This document shows positions 62,323 through 64,000 of a DNA stretch of 64,000 nucleotides, piece after piece (the first letter of the stretch is position 1; each line of letters starts with the position of its first letter). The stretch lies in NCBI GenBank assembly GCA_003971905.1, contig RSEE01000063.1, positions 186,001-250,000 of the forward strand, read 5' to 3'. Origin of the DNA: Moniliella sp. 'wahieum'. Lineage: Eukaryota. Below the pieces are notes generated by a model, which saw nothing but the letters and a program-made list of their open reading frames with translations, was not told the DNA's origin and did no database searches. The position numbers were made by a program, and so were the translations under genes.

Positions 62323-63453
62323 TCAGAGCCGCTTGATGATCTCCGTAAATGCACGAGTGCCCAGCGAGCGCCCAGGTCCCCTGTGCGTTGGCTTGAGCAA
62401 TTGCCTTGAAGACAGCCGCCTCGATCTTGTCGGCCTTGTCAACAGGCTCATGTGGCGCAGCATCATGATCGACGACAGCAGCAGTGCGGTGGGTTGGCCT
62501 TGTCCATCCCCGCAATGTCCGGGCTGAACCATGCACGGCCTCGAAGATGCTGGCGTCATAGCCAATGTTACCCGACGGGGTCAGGCCCAGGCCACGATCA
62601 GACCGGCGCACATGTCGGACAAGATGTACCATACAAGTTGGGCATCACCATCACCCGGTCCGAGTAGGGTGCCGGGTCCTGCACGATCCGCAAGCAGGCG
62701 CGGTCCAGCAGATCCTCGTCGTACGCAATGTCTGGGTACTCCTTGGCGACGGCGCGGCAGGCGTGCAGGAACATGCCGTCCGACATGCGCATAATGTTGG
62801 CCTTGTGCACCGCCGTCACGCGCTTGCGCCCGCTCTGCTGCGCGTGGTGGAACGCGTACCGAGCAACCCGCTCGGACGCCTCGAGAGTGATCAGCTTGAT
62901 CGACTGGACCACCCCATCGACAATCTCGTGCTCAATGCCCGAGTACTCGCCCTCGGTGTTCTCGCGGATGAGGACAGTGTTGACATTGTCGTAGGCCGTC
63001 TTGAAGCCCTCGATCGAGCGACAGGGACGCACGTTGGCGTACAGCTTGAACGTCGACGCAGCGTCAGGTTGAGAGAAACGTGGCCCTTGCCCACTGGGTG
63101 GCAAGGGGACCCTTGAGGGCAACCGTGTTCTGACGAATGCTCTTGACCGCATCAGCAGGGATGGTGACTTGCCCTGCTCGTTGATGTAAGGGGTAACCTC
63201 AACCTCCTCCCACTTGATGGGCACGCCGGCAGCGTGGTAAATGTTCTTGACGGCGTCAGCGACCGGGGCCAATGCCGTCACCAGGGATGAGGGTGACGAG
63301 GTACTTGCCGTCGGCCTCGGGCTTCTTGGCGTACGCGGTGATGCCGCCGGCGGGGGTCTGGAGGCCGCGGCTGAGGGCAGGGATGGCGGCGCGAGCCACG
63401 GGACGGAGGGAGGCGGCACGCACGCCGGCGCGAAGGGTGGGGAGGGCAAGCAT
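62323..63453 (-). CDS. IDH2: Mitochondrial NAD-dependent isocitrate dehydrogenase, catalytic subunit 2
   Basis: Presequence, VTLIPGDGIG, LYANVRPCRS, IRENTEGEYSGIEH, TAVHKANIM, VMVMPNLYG, GLGLTPSGNIG, FEAVHGSA and PTALLLSSIMMLRHM. Several frameshifts. Confidence 0.92.
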
Positions 63454-64000
63454 GGGCAACGAGATGGAGCGGTGGTGGAGCGGCGCGGGAACCGACGGGA
63501 GGAAAAATGGCAGCAATCCTTAGGCCTTGGGCCTTAGTCTGCTGCGCTCGATCGAACCGCGTGCGGCAGCAGCAGGCAGTGCGGATGCAGCACTGGCGCC
63601 GTGCCGGGCGCGGGGGAGCCACACTCGCCATGCGCCTGTGTCGTCACATTTCATTTCAATTCACTTCATGCTTCCTTCGCGTTGTCCTTTGCGTTCCATG
63701 GGCCCCGTGTCATTCGGCCTGACGAGCCACCCACACGCTGACGAAGCATCCCCACCGGGTGGTCCCGCGCCTAGCGTCCATCCCCCGGTTTGGCGGGCGC
63801 ATGGCGGATGGCCCGCGGCCGCCCCACCCGGTCATGCCCGTAGCTGACGTAGCAGCAGAAGGGAGAAGCAAAGAATGCCAGAATGTCCAAAACAAAAAGA
63901 AACAAAAAGAAAACTCGAAATCGCAAGAAAACTCACTCAACCAGAACGAAAACAGCGTCGAGCTAAGCAGACTTCGCGTCGCCCTACCCTCTCTGATCCC

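Noticed and set aside
14300..63453. A redox-metabolism gene cluster (fumarate reductase, ALDH, ADH, IDH2)
   Set aside because: Apart from ALDH/ADH, the genes are separated by many unrelated housekeeping genes.
14340..63537. Many long ORFs antisense to real genes (for example 14654-16129 +, 20033-21031 +, 32264-32986 +, 40972-42072 +)
   Set aside because: They are shadow frames produced by high GC3 codon usage on the opposite strand and carry no motifs of their own.

Overview
Fungal nuclear DNA, most likely a GC-rich basidiomycete: it has short GT-AG introns with CTRAC/CTAAC branch sites and fungal-type genes. The first ~14 kb is gene-poor and holds only fragments and low-complexity ORFs. From 14.3 kb on there is a compact run of recognisable genes: fumarate reductase with cytochrome b5, Cla4 PAK kinase, LSM7, proteasome beta7 (PRE4), a DUF2470-like membrane protein, a Cys-rich membrane protein, RPC34, ATG27, a convergent ALDH/ADH pair, a large coiled-coil protein, an intron-containing tRNA-Glu(CTC), a Gti1/Pac2 (WOPR) regulator, a PH + degenerate Sec7 protein, a PQ-loop protein and IDH2. 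Most conserved genes carry several 1-bp frameshifts, which are best explained as assembly indel errors, so gene coordinates are approximate. The most striking unexplained signal is a recurring intergenic 7-bp pattern: T-N-A followed by a variable, usually palindromic 4-mer (for example TGAAGCT, TGACATG, TGATGCA, TAACTAG, TTACGCG, TCATTAA). It forms arrays upstream of many genes and is densest at 3-7.5 kb. A three-copy dispersed ~130-bp repeat with a transposon-like end is also present.
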